A stretch of DNA of 64,000 bases. Source: Flavobacteriales bacterium (lineage in GTDB: Bacteria > Bacteroidota > Bacteroidia > Flavobacteriales_D > CAJJDF01). Location of the stretch: assembly GCA_965655625.1 (NCBI GenBank), contig CBFHHA010000008.1, positions 3,742 to 67,741 on the forward strand, written 5' to 3'. Shown here in pieces: positions 11,504 through 20,184 of the stretch. Numbering within the stretch: the stretch's first letter is position 1; each line of letters begins with the position of its first letter. Below the pieces are notes generated by a model. It was not told the origin of the DNA and made no database searches. It saw only the letters and a program-made list of their open reading frames with translations. Made by a program: the position numbers and the translations under genes.

Positions 11504-11848
11504 TTATTGATTTGCCTTATTTAATGAGTAGGCAGTTAGAGCAAAAATCAATAATAAGATTCCATTAATTATTATATAACTTGGAATTGAAAATGTAAAA
11601 GAAGAAAATATTAAATTACTTATTAGTGCTATTGTAAAGAAAATCCCTGAAACAACGCGAATATTTGTGGTTGTTCGTGGTTGTTCAAAATTAACTCCAA
11701 TTGCAATTACTAAAGTCATGGCAAGAAAAACAAAGCTTCCCAAACTCAATATTATTTTGTTTTCGCTATTGTGAAAACTATATAAACCGTAAGCAATAAG
11801 TCCGCTTATCGCTATGGCTATAATTGTTTGTACAACATTTAATTTCAT
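11504..11848 (-). CDS. Small integral membrane protein (about 4 TM segments)
   Basis: 114 aa, almost entirely hydrophobic helices. It is the last gene of the 15676-11504 operon, with a 4-nt gap to the preceding gene. Confidence 0.6.
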   Translation of the reverse strand: MKLNVVQTIIAIAISGLIAYGLYSFHNSENKIILSLGSFVFLAMTLVIAIGVNFEQPRTTTNIRVVSGIFFTIALISNLIFSSFTFSIPSYIIINGILLLIFALTAYSLNKANQ

Positions 11849-11852
11849 AATC

Positions 11853-12206
11853 TTATTTTTTTTGTTGAAAAGGTGGAGGTGCTAATGCGACCAATTTTAA
11901 AACCTCAGGAACTTGTTCTGCCATTTTCCAACTTGGCAAAGAAGGCATCCAAACATAAGTTTCTTTTAAAACTTTCTTTTCGGCTATTAAACGGGCTAAT
12001 TCCTGTTCAGAAAAAGGTCCTGCTTGCTTGCCTTCAATCATTGCATAGAAAAAATTTTCTTTTGACTTTTCCATTGAGTTCATTGCACCTGGAATGTGCA
12101 TATTCGACATTGATTGGTTCATGGTTTTAACCATTTGCTGAGCTACCGCCATACCCATACCAAATTCAACTAATCGATCCATCGAAAAAAAACTGCTATC
12201 GTCCAT
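11853..12206 (-). CDS. GYF_2-type domain protein with Met-rich N-terminus and Pro-rich tail
   Basis: GKQAGPFSEQELARLIAEKKVLKETYVWMPSLPSWKMAEQVPEV matches the bacterial GYF_2 pattern (G..GP.s..el..l...g.i...t.vW..gm..W..a..v.el). The tail is APPPFQQKK. Confidence 0.65.
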   Translation of the reverse strand: MDDSSFFSMDRLVEFGMGMAVAQQMVKTMNQSMSNMHIPGAMNSMEKSKENFFYAMIEGKQAGPFSEQELARLIAEKKVLKETYVWMPSLPSWKMAEQVPEVLKLVALAPPPFQQKK

Positions 12207-12228
12207 AATTTTGAAATATTATTTTATT

Positions 12229-12441
12229 TTAAGGCATATCTTCTGTGCCGTACAAGTGAATATGTCCCATGTCACACCTATTAAATCTATTTCTTATTTT
12301 TTTGTAGCCTTTTATTAAACCATATTTTTGTAATGCAATAACTGCGTATTCTGAACAACTTGGCTTATAAATGCAATCAGGAGTAAATTTTGTAAAATAC
12401 TTTTGATAAATACGAATTAAAAATATTAGTAAAGCTTTCAT
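12229..12441 (-). CDS. YidD-like membrane protein insertion efficiency factor paralogue
   Basis: LIRIYQKYFTKFTPDCIYKPSCSEYAVIALQKYGLIKG...RCD aligns with the YidD signature (L..YQ...SP....C.F.PTCS.Y...A...G..KG......R..RC). It is 70 aa and overlaps the upstream gene by 1 nt. Confidence 0.7.
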   Translation of the reverse strand: MKALLIFLIRIYQKYFTKFTPDCIYKPSCSEYAVIALQKYGLIKGYKKIRNRFNRCDMGHIHLYGTEDMP

Positions 12442-13559
12442 TATTTCATGCCATTAGTATAAACTGTTTTGTAAGAATATTCCTGACCATATAATAATTT
12501 ATCTAACCATGACATCTTACGTTTTAAAGCAAATGTAACAGGAACTTTGGTTATAAAGTCTTCCTTAAACTTCTTCAATCTTTCTCTTTCTTCCTCCGTT
12601 CTTGATTCTTGTGAATTATAATCATCCGAATAGATTAATTCTAGTTTTTCAATATTTTCCTTTGTAAGAATATTCGAACCAATAATAATTTCTTTATTCT
12701 TTTTGAATAAAAAACCAATTACAGGAATTGAAGCAAGTAAATCTCGTATAATAGCTAATAACCCCTTGACTTCTGGGAAATACCATAAATCAAAACGGCT
12801 TAAATAAGTCTTGTTACCCTTGTTTTCTCCGTGTAATTGATTGATTTTTAAGTCACTATTACTTGAAAACAATAAACCTTGAGAATACATTTCTTTAAAA
12901 GACGGTATATCGATCATCTTTTCGAAGCCTAAATGACTATCAACTATTCTATCAATATCTTCCGAAAATTTTTCTTGAATTATCTCTTTGTTTTCTTTTA
13001 TTAGATTACTTAAAGATATCGATTCTAATGATTCAAAAATATAGTCGTCCGTCTCTCTATTGAAGATGTTTCTCAATTTGAAGTGTTTGTTTAATGCTTG
13101 AACGTCCGATTCGTTTTTTTCGTTATTCAAAAAATTAAGTTTTTGAGAATTGTCACCACCTTTTGAAGAACATCCCAAACCTTTTACATTCTTACAGCCA
13201 GGTAGTTTCACGTTGCAGCCAGGTAGGCCAACTTTACAACCAAGTTTTTTAGGGTCGAGTTTAATTAGTGGACCCAAGTAAACTTGATACTGTGTTTTTT
13301 TGTCTGTCTTGGTGAAGCTGTAAACGCCATGTAAACCACCTAAATCTTCGACGTTCTCAACATACAGATTGTGACCAAACACTTTGTCTGTTTCAATTTT
13401 ATAACTCTGTTCTCCAAGTACGTTAAATTTTTCCGAAATATTTTTTTCGATAAATTCTTTTTTAGATAATTTTTTGTTGAATTCTTCGACTCTTTTGAAA
13501 GAATTGCAACATGATCGAGTAATTTCTTCTTGTCTATTTAATACAATTATTTTCTTCAT
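12441..13559 (-). CDS. Hypothetical protein with a (LP)GC-repeat segment
   Basis: 372-aa ORF in the operon with no family recognised. It contains GCKVGLPGCNVKLPGCKNVKGLGC (nt 13170-13238). Confidence 0.5.
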   Translation of the reverse strand: MKKIIVLNRQEEITRSCCNSFKRVEEFNKKLSKKEFIEKNISEKFNVLGEQSYKIETDKVFGHNLYVENVEDLGGLHGVYSFTKTDKKTQYQVYLGPLIKLDPKKLGCKVGLPGCNVKLPGCKNVKGLGCSSKGGDNSQKLNFLNNEKNESDVQALNKHFKLRNIFNRETDDYIFESLESISLSNLIKENKEIIQEKFSEDIDRIVDSHLGFEKMIDIPSFKEMYSQGLLFSSNSDLKINQLHGENKGNKTYLSRFDLWYFPEVKGLLAIIRDLLASIPVIGFLFKKNKEIIIGSNILTKENIEKLELIYSDDYNSQESRTEEERERLKKFKEDFITKVPVTFALKRKMSWLDKLLYGQEYSYKTVYTNGMK

Positions 13560-13588
13560 AGCGATTATATTTATTTTTTATTGATTTT

Positions 13589-14935
13589 TTATTGATTGAA
13601 AGGAGGTGGTGGTGGCGGAACTACTCCAAACAATGAGGATAATTCCTGTACATTACCTGCCAATTCCCAACCTGCCATACCTTGTTTCCATACATAAGTG
13701 TCTCTTGTAATTTGACCACTTTGTACCATCTGTTGCAATTGTTGCCAACCAAACGGACCGCTTTGCTGACCATTTACTGAAACATTATATTGAACTTGAG
13801 GTGGAGGAGGCGGAGTTTGTTTTTGCTCATTCATTCCTTGCATCATCCCACCGACAGCACCTGCCATACCAGAGCCAACTGCACCACCCATTGCCATGCT
13901 TGCCATCATAGAACCAGGATCCATCATTCCACCACCTGTGCCTGTTCCGCCACCAGAACCCATTTTACCCATACTTTCGGCAGCAGTTTTAGCTACTTCT
14001 GTTTGTTGATTTAATTGATGAACAGATATATTTTGACCTTCTGTTTGAAGTTTTTGTGCCCGTTGCGCTTCTTCTCTCTGAATACGGAGTGTTTCCTCCA
14101 TATTCGTGGCGTTAATCTCTTGAGTATCTTGTAAATTCTTAATATTTACGTCTGTCTGTGCTCCAACAGTTTTTGTCGTTTGTTCCGCTGTAACTTTTCT
14201 TAATTCGGCATAACCTTCAGCTTCTTTGTCAACTTCAAGTGTTGCAATATCCAAACCTTTCATATTCACTCCAAAATCAGTTTCAAGACGACTGCCTAAA
14301 TACTTAGCAACTAAATCATTTATTTCAAGGATTTTTCTTTCCATTTGCAAAACAGGCATTCCATTATCAGCAGGAATATTTGTCACAACACCCTTAATGT
14401 ATTTGGTTACAGCATCTTTAATTTGCTTTTTAAAGTCGTCTAACTCAAAGTTAATTAAACGGTTCAGCTTTATAAATCCCTTGTAGTCTGTGATATTAAA
14501 GGTTATAGTTCCACGTACAGCCATTGGAACTGCAAAATCCAAAAATCTTGGGTCAAATACATCAAAATAGGGAATTCCAAACTTGATTTGCACGTTCCCA
14601 GATAGATTAATAAAATAAATTTCTGCTTGAAATGGTGATGCTCCGCCAAATGCAGAGCCTACAATGCTTGTTAATATTGGAAAGTTTGCAGTTTTTATAG
14701 TTTGGTCATGAGGACCCAAAATAAAATCCTGATTTTCGCCATCTTTTTGTTTATAAACAAAAACTGCAAGTTCTCCGTCTTTTACACGAAGACTACTACC
14801 GAAGCGTATTGCATTCTCTTTTTTTGTACTATTAGCCTCCCCCGAAGGTCGCCATTTCCAAACAAGATATTCTTGTTCGTCACAGCGGATTACATCCATT
14901 AATCCACCTTCTGATTTTTTTCCAAATAGTCCCAT
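13589..14935 (-). CDS. SPFH-superfamily YdjI-like protein fused to a C-terminal GYF_2 domain
   Basis: The N-terminal 270 aa or so resemble B. subtilis YdjI-type proteins (MGLFGKK...IRCDEQEYLVWKW...). Next come a coiled region and a Met/Gly-rich linker (GGMMDPGSMMASMAMGG...GGMMQGMNEQ) like the one in YdjI. Then PPPPQ, a GYF_2 domain (NGQQSGPFGWQQLQQMVQSGQITRDTYVWKQGMAGWELAGNVQEL) and the tail PPPPPPFNQ. Confidence 0.7.
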   Translation of the reverse strand: MGLFGKKSEGGLMDVIRCDEQEYLVWKWRPSGEANSTKKENAIRFGSSLRVKDGELAVFVYKQKDGENQDFILGPHDQTIKTANFPILTSIVGSAFGGASPFQAEIYFINLSGNVQIKFGIPYFDVFDPRFLDFAVPMAVRGTITFNITDYKGFIKLNRLINFELDDFKKQIKDAVTKYIKGVVTNIPADNGMPVLQMERKILEINDLVAKYLGSRLETDFGVNMKGLDIATLEVDKEAEGYAELRKVTAEQTTKTVGAQTDVNIKNLQDTQEINATNMEETLRIQREEAQRAQKLQTEGQNISVHQLNQQTEVAKTAAESMGKMGSGGGTGTGGGMMDPGSMMASMAMGGAVGSGMAGAVGGMMQGMNEQKQTPPPPPQVQYNVSVNGQQSGPFGWQQLQQMVQSGQITRDTYVWKQGMAGWELAGNVQELSSLFGVVPPPPPPFNQ

Positions 14936-14965
14936 GTTTTATTATTTTATGTCGCTTTAAATAAA

Positions 14966-15676
14966 TTACTTGATTCCGAGTTCATTTGCGTAGGCCATAA
15001 TTTCCTCGAGTGTTTTTTTATCTTCTTTCATTGAAAATTTGGCTTTCATTATTATCTGTTCGCATTTAGATTTCCAAGTTGGTGCTAAATCATTGTGTGA
15101 TTTGTTTTCTTCGTTTCCTTTTGTAAACATATTCCCTTTCTTTTTTGCATTAGGAATGGCAGTTGACAAAAACTCAAGAATGTCATCTTTTGTATTTGGA
15201 ATTGGGAAGCCAGAAATAATTGATTTCTTTTTTTCCATTATTTTATCACCGCCGCCTAGAGCTTCGGCAAACATTGCTCCAAGAGCACTTCCGACTGACA
15301 TATCTTGATCTTTACGCTCATTTTCACATGCATTAAGCATTTCAAAAAGTTTACCTATTGAAACATTTGCACCAATATTTTTAAACTCATGACCACAATC
15401 AGAACATTTTGTCTGAAAGGACTGAACCATTGCTCCACAAGCAGGACATTTCTTAACCTCACCAAACTTGTCAGATTTAGGAGCAGCAGTTGTTTGTGTA
15501 GTCTGTTGCATTGATTGCTGTTTTTCGAAAAGTTTTGCCTCCAAAACCATTTCAAACTCATCAAGATCAACTCCCATTGCTTCTGCTTTCTTAAAAAGCA
15601 CTTGTTTTTCCTTTTCTGTCAACTCTCCATCCATAAGAGCCATTTCCATTAATTTTTCTAAGTTTTCATTGTACAT
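14966..15676 (-). CDS. TerB-like N-terminal domain plus zinc-ribbon protein
   Basis: MEMALMDGELTEKEKQVLFKKAEAMGVDLDEFEMVLE follows the TerB/DjlA-N-like pattern. CPACGAMVQSFQTKCSDCGHEF is a CxxC-x11-CxxC ribbon. It is the first gene of the operon. Confidence 0.55.
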   Translation of the reverse strand: MYNENLEKLMEMALMDGELTEKEKQVLFKKAEAMGVDLDEFEMVLEAKLFEKQQSMQQTTQTTAAPKSDKFGEVKKCPACGAMVQSFQTKCSDCGHEFKNIGANVSIGKLFEMLNACENERKDQDMSVGSALGAMFAEALGGGDKIMEKKKSIISGFPIPNTKDDILEFLSTAIPNAKKKGNMFTKGNEENKSHNDLAPTWKSKCEQIIMKAKFSMKEDKKTLEEIMAYANELGIK

Positions 15677-15881
15677 ATAATATGAGAATTTTGTGTTAAT
15701 ATAAAGTTTTACATTTTCAAATTTATGAAGATAGATAAATACAACACATTAAACAATGTAAATTTGTTATTTAACTCTAGTACTTTAAACACTGTAGGTA
15801 CTATTAAACACGATTACATGTTTGTATTGTTTAAATTATATCTTAAATAGATATGAAAACTTATTTCTGTTAAAATATTAA

Positions 15882-15907
15882 ATCTCAATAATAAAGATTA
15901 TTGAGAT
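15882..15907 (-). terminator. Hairpin terminator downstream of the 20184-15939 operon
   Basis: ATCTCAATAAT-AAAG-ATTATTGAGAT: an 11-bp perfect stem, 32 nt after the stop of 15939..16916. Confidence 0.6.
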
Positions 15908-15938
15908 CTAATATGTGTTTAAAAAAACAACTACAGTG

Positions 15939-16916
15939 TTACCACCAACCATAAACTAATGTTGTGTTATATACTGCTTTAGGTTGATTTTTTGCTTCAG
16001 CAACACCAATATCTCTTGCAGCTTTTATTTCTGCAGCCTCTTTATTCACCTGATCTTGTTGTTTTTTTAATTTAAAATCCCATTCTCTTTGATCTAATTC
16101 TTTTATTCTTTTAGCTATTTTATTAGCTAATAATTGAGCATCATCATAACAATCAGAATTAGGATCAATATTCGCTAAACTTTCAGCTGCATTTTTTGCT
16201 GCTTCACTATCTTGGGATGCATTCCATGCGTTATTTGCCTTGGTCATAGAAACCTTACATTCTTTATTAATTTTTAATTTATAAATAGGGGTAATATTAT
16301 CCATAGCCTTCATATAACAATCTTTACACACATCAGGTATTGAGGCAAGAACTGCGATAGCCTCTTCAAATTGGTCAGAGTCCTTTAAAGTTTCTGCATC
16401 TTTTAAGTAAAAGTCACAATTAGCATTGTAATATTCAATAATCTTCGTTTTAGCGTCATCCATGAACTCTTTATATTTAGAACTTTTAGATTTTATTTTT
16501 TTGATTGCTGACATGTATGCTTTTGTTTCACTTTTCCCTGCTCCCTTAGTTTCGAATGATAGACTAGAAAATAAATTTCCCGAAACAGCATCACCAATCA
16601 TTAAGGTAATTTCCAAAGTATATGCGTACGAAATAGGAGTGGTAGGTAACACATCTTTAGTCAGTTCAACAATCTTTGCTGTTAAGACAAATCTATTTCC
16701 AGGACTTCCAGCGATTCCATTTGAAGTAACAATCCGTTGAAGTCTAACTTTTAGTGCATCTTGAGCTGTTGAAGTAAGATCTCCAACCTGTGAAGGAACA
16801 TATGCATTTAATGCAATTCTTCCAGCATCATCAGTTTTGCCATTTGTGTTTTGACCGAAAAAATTTGAATAACTGATTGTTAGAGTTAGCAGCAAAGTAA
16901 TTAATTTCTTATTCAT
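15939..16916 (-). CDS. Exported protein of unknown function (325 aa), operon gene 4
   Basis: Signal peptide. A beta-rich N-domain is followed by a Cys-containing helical region (CDFY...CKDC...C...C) and a Lys/Gln-rich coiled tail ending YGWW. It overlaps the upstream gene by 4 nt. Confidence 0.6.
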   Translation of the reverse strand: MNKKLITLLLTLTISYSNFFGQNTNGKTDDAGRIALNAYVPSQVGDLTSTAQDALKVRLQRIVTSNGIAGSPGNRFVLTAKIVELTKDVLPTTPISYAYTLEITLMIGDAVSGNLFSSLSFETKGAGKSETKAYMSAIKKIKSKSSKYKEFMDDAKTKIIEYYNANCDFYLKDAETLKDSDQFEEAIAVLASIPDVCKDCYMKAMDNITPIYKLKINKECKVSMTKANNAWNASQDSEAAKNAAESLANIDPNSDCYDDAQLLANKIAKRIKELDQREWDFKLKKQQDQVNKEAAEIKAARDIGVAEAKNQPKAVYNTTLVYGWW

Positions 16917-17389
16917 ATTATTTTATTTTTTTTCATTAAAAGTTTAATTTTTAATACATTGACATTTACGATGACTTTCCTTTGTTGAATATTTTTTGAT
17001 TTTTTTGAGTCACGGCTTATCTTATTGTCAATTCGTTCGTCCGAGACGTCAACATAATCTAAAAAAGGACCTTTGTCAGCAAAGAAAGTTGCGAAAAATT
17101 CTGCGTTATTTTTCCTTGTTACCTCACTAATCAATGGATTTCTGTCGCAACCTGAATTCCCTTGTTTTATTCCACTAAAAAGAACAGCAGATACAGCATT
17201 TTTTTTTGCCTGGGTTGAAGCATCTAAATAATTTCTTCCTCTCCCATAGGATTCAAGTGTGACAGTTCCATCAAGCTCAGAGCCTAAACATCTTACTTCA
17301 AAATCGTAATAACTTCCACTATACTTATTTCGGTTTGCACAGGAAACCATTAAGGCAAGAGTAAATGTGCAGAAAAATATTTTTTTCAT
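16913..17389 (-). CDS. Small lipoprotein of unknown function (158 aa), operon gene 3
   Basis: Signal peptide with lipobox (LALMVSC). The upstream stop is 1 nt from its start. Confidence 0.6.
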   Translation of the reverse strand: MKKIFFCTFTLALMVSCANRNKYSGSYYDFEVRCLGSELDGTVTLESYGRGRNYLDASTQAKKNAVSAVLFSGIKQGNSGCDRNPLISEVTRKNNAEFFATFFADKGPFLDYVDVSDERIDNKISRDSKKSKNIQQRKVIVNVNVLKIKLLMKKNKII

Positions 17390-17390
17390 T

Positions 17391-18800
17391 TTATTGTTCT
17401 TCTATAAATAATATTGTTATTTCGCCAACACCCACTTGTTCTGTAATTATGGTGAAATCTCCCGTTTTTTTAATTTCATTAATTACATCTAAAGCAAAAT
17501 CATTAAATCTGTATGGCATCATTTCTCCACTGAATGGATCTTCACTTTTTGTTGGTATAGTTACACCAAAACTCATGTTTGTCTCATTACCCGCACCGAT
17601 AGGAGCGGCAGGCTTTTTCGTTAGTTTTGTAATCATACCAGGTAAGACTCTCTCTAAAGGATAATCCCTTCCACCAAAATTACCCGTGGTCATTTTGAAA
17701 TCAACTTCTTCATTCGCAGATATAAAATTAATAACTCCATTTAAGCCGTTCTTCTCCCTTTCTAAAAAGTAATTAATAACTCGAGGTCTGAAGTTGTCGC
17801 AAGTAGAGTTTATTGCATTCTGTAGCAGGGATTTAGTATCATCACCAGCTGTTTTCAAAGTTACTGGCTCGGTAGTTATCACATTGGATTTGGTGTAAGG
17901 ATCTAACGCAGTAAATGTAAGGGAATATTGTTCTTCGGTTCCTCCAGCAATTTTATTTTTAGTTAAATTAACTTTAAGCCATAAATCAGCCGAAGCAGAC
18001 CTCGCAAATACATCAAAATCGCTCTCTACTTTAGTCCCATATTTAGACCTCATATTATCACGAGCATCAAGGTTTGCCCCTCCATCTACAATTGATTTAA
18101 GATTTTTAATATCAAAAACGTCTCCAAATCTCGCTTCAATAAAGGATTGAATTTGATTTAGCTGTTCATCTGTAGAGGCTCCAACGTAATCTGGTCTCTT
18201 TTCCTTTAAGCCTTGATTATCAATTTCTTTCATAAATCCTAAAGCTTCCATCCAACCATCATCTGGAACAATTAAAAGGGAGGGTTTCCCTCCTAAATTG
18301 GCAACTAAGTCAGCGGCAGATTCAATAAAACCTTGTTTTTCTAAATCTTCTCTTAATTTGGATTTCAATACGTAAACCGTTGTTGTTGATTCAATTAATT
18401 TCTTTTTTATTTTTTTTCCAGGTTTTCTTGTGTTGGTAGTTGCTTTGCTTACGTATGCCAGACCTCCTGTGTTTGAAGCTAAATAATTCTTGAAAAATTC
18501 CAAGTTTTGACTATATTTAGCCATATCAGCTAATGGTGTGGAAGCTGACGCTTTTGCAGTTTTACCATAACCTTTAAATATAATTGTGTAAATAGCTTGT
18601 GATCTCGCCTTGTTTATACATTCATTTATATCCTTTCCTTGGTTTGTAATATCCACTGCTACTGAACCTCCATCTTTCAGATCCATTAATGCTTCAAATT
18701 GGTAATTTTCTTCCCAAATAGTTGACGTGTTATCCTGTCCCTTGGCTATAAATCCAAAGAAACAGTTAATGATTATTGTTGTAATTATTAATTTCTTCAT
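17391..18800 (-). CDS. Exported protein of unknown function (469 aa), operon gene 2
   Basis: Signal peptide and long ORF with no family recognised by eye. The start codon abuts the ATCAA repeat. Confidence 0.6.
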   Translation of the reverse strand: MKKLIITTIIINCFFGFIAKGQDNTSTIWEENYQFEALMDLKDGGSVAVDITNQGKDINECINKARSQAIYTIIFKGYGKTAKASASTPLADMAKYSQNLEFFKNYLASNTGGLAYVSKATTNTRKPGKKIKKKLIESTTTVYVLKSKLREDLEKQGFIESAADLVANLGGKPSLLIVPDDGWMEALGFMKEIDNQGLKEKRPDYVGASTDEQLNQIQSFIEARFGDVFDIKNLKSIVDGGANLDARDNMRSKYGTKVESDFDVFARSASADLWLKVNLTKNKIAGGTEEQYSLTFTALDPYTKSNVITTEPVTLKTAGDDTKSLLQNAINSTCDNFRPRVINYFLEREKNGLNGVINFISANEEVDFKMTTGNFGGRDYPLERVLPGMITKLTKKPAAPIGAGNETNMSFGVTIPTKSEDPFSGEMMPYRFNDFALDVINEIKKTGDFTIITEQVGVGEITILFIEEQ

Positions 18801-18830
18801 TTGATTTGATTTGATTTGATTTGATTTGAT
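18801..18830. repeat. Pentanucleotide microsatellite (TTGAT)x6, which reads (ATCAA)x6 on the coding strand
   Basis: Six perfect tandem TTGAT units fill all but 1 nt of the 31-nt spacer between the stop of 18832..20184 and the ATG of 17391..18800. Confidence 0.95.
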
Positions 18831-18831
18831 C

Positions 18832-20184
18832 CTATTTAATTAGGCGAATGTAGTTCATACCTGGTACAGCTTTTTTTCCACCAGAAAATATTGTAAATGG
18901 TGGGACTTCATTTCCATCAGAATCTAGTTGTTTTTCTGTACCTTGCCTGTTATCCCAAATTGAAAGTTTTTTTGAAGTTTTAACCTTTCCTACCGCTTTC
19001 CAATAAGGTATACCTAATTCATTAGTCTTTAATTCTAATATTTCATATTTCTGTTTTGGCTCAACCCCTTCTTTCAATCCAATTTGAACTGAAAAAGGAT
19101 CATTTGATAAAATAGGAGAAACAGGTCTAAATTGAACAAATTCTTTTTGAAGTTTTGCCATTGCATTATCTAATGTTCTACGAACTTGTAAATCAATGAT
19201 TTCATTTAAAGTTCTTTTTTCGCCAATTTTAAAGGTTACAATTGAGCTAGAAACTGTTTTTCCCAAATATTCCATTTCCATGAATGAAGCTGTGTCCCAA
19301 GCTAATTTTTTGTTTGTAATTGAATTATTGAAAAATGTGTTGTAAATTTTATCTCCAGTAGATTCGTTCCATTTAATTTTATAAAGAAAAGAATTACACT
19401 TTACGGTATATCCCTCTTTAGTTTTTTCATAAATTGTATCCAGAGCAGCCATTGATTTGTCGATAATAACCTGAGGTTTTCCAGCCAGTTTTTTCATGGC
19501 TTCTGCTTTTGCTAAATCTCTTACTATTCTTGCAACTGGTTCATTTTTGTAAAATTCCATGGAATTAATTACAGTGTATGTGTTTCCCAATAGTTCTACA
19601 TCTTTGAACATATCTTTGGGATCCGAAATAGAGAACATGGTGTCTGCCATATCAGCTGCAGAAGCAGAATACATTCCTCTTTCGATAATCAAATCTTGGT
19701 CTACTTCAAAGTTTTCCTTTTTGTTTAACCAAACTCCTATTACCTTTTTTGCAACATCATTTGACCTTATTATTTTATCGGCATAAATTTTTTGCATTTC
19801 CTTTTCTGAAGGTTCAATAATTGCCAATGTGCTATCTTCATTTAAGTATCGAAGTTTTTTCAGTGGATTTAGACTTGCCTTCATAATAGCCATTGGAGTC
19901 GAAAGTGTATCTTTCAGGTAACCTGAAAAAATTAAATCCTCATCTGTAAGGGTCATTGATTCAGTACTTGTGTTTTTTACACTAATGTTGTGTTGGTTAT
20001 ATTTATCAGGGAAAGGATTGTTATTGTAAGCATTAAGAATTAACTCTTTATTTTCTCCTAATCCCGGAGTTTCCATTAAAATCATGGATATAGAACTTCT
20101 TCTGTACTTAGTACTCACCTGAGAAGATAAATCATTTGAAATAATTAATGTTAATAACATCAATGTTAAGGTTATATTTTTCAT
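18832..20184 (-). CDS. Exported protein of unknown function (450 aa), operon gene 1
   Basis: Signal peptide and long ORF; no family recognised. Confidence 0.6.
   Translation of the reverse strand: MKNITLTLMLLTLIISNDLSSQVSTKYRRSSISMILMETPGLGENKELILNAYNNNPFPDKYNQHNISVKNTSTESMTLTDEDLIFSGYLKDTLSTPMAIMKASLNPLKKLRYLNEDSTLAIIEPSEKEMQKIYADKIIRSNDVAKKVIGVWLNKKENFEVDQDLIIERGMYSASAADMADTMFSISDPKDMFKDVELLGNTYTVINSMEFYKNEPVARIVRDLAKAEAMKKLAGKPQVIIDKSMAALDTIYEKTKEGYTVKCNSFLYKIKWNESTGDKIYNTFFNNSITNKKLAWDTASFMEMEYLGKTVSSSIVTFKIGEKRTLNEIIDLQVRRTLDNAMAKLQKEFVQFRPVSPILSNDPFSVQIGLKEGVEPKQKYEILELKTNELGIPYWKAVGKVKTSKKLSIWDNRQGTEKQLDSDGNEVPPFTIFSGGKKAVPGMNYIRLIK

Noticed and set aside
13790-14014. His/Cys/Thr-rich 74-aa plus-strand ORF
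   Set aside because: It is antisense to the Met/Gly-rich linker of the SPFH protein, and its composition simply mirrors that low-complexity region.
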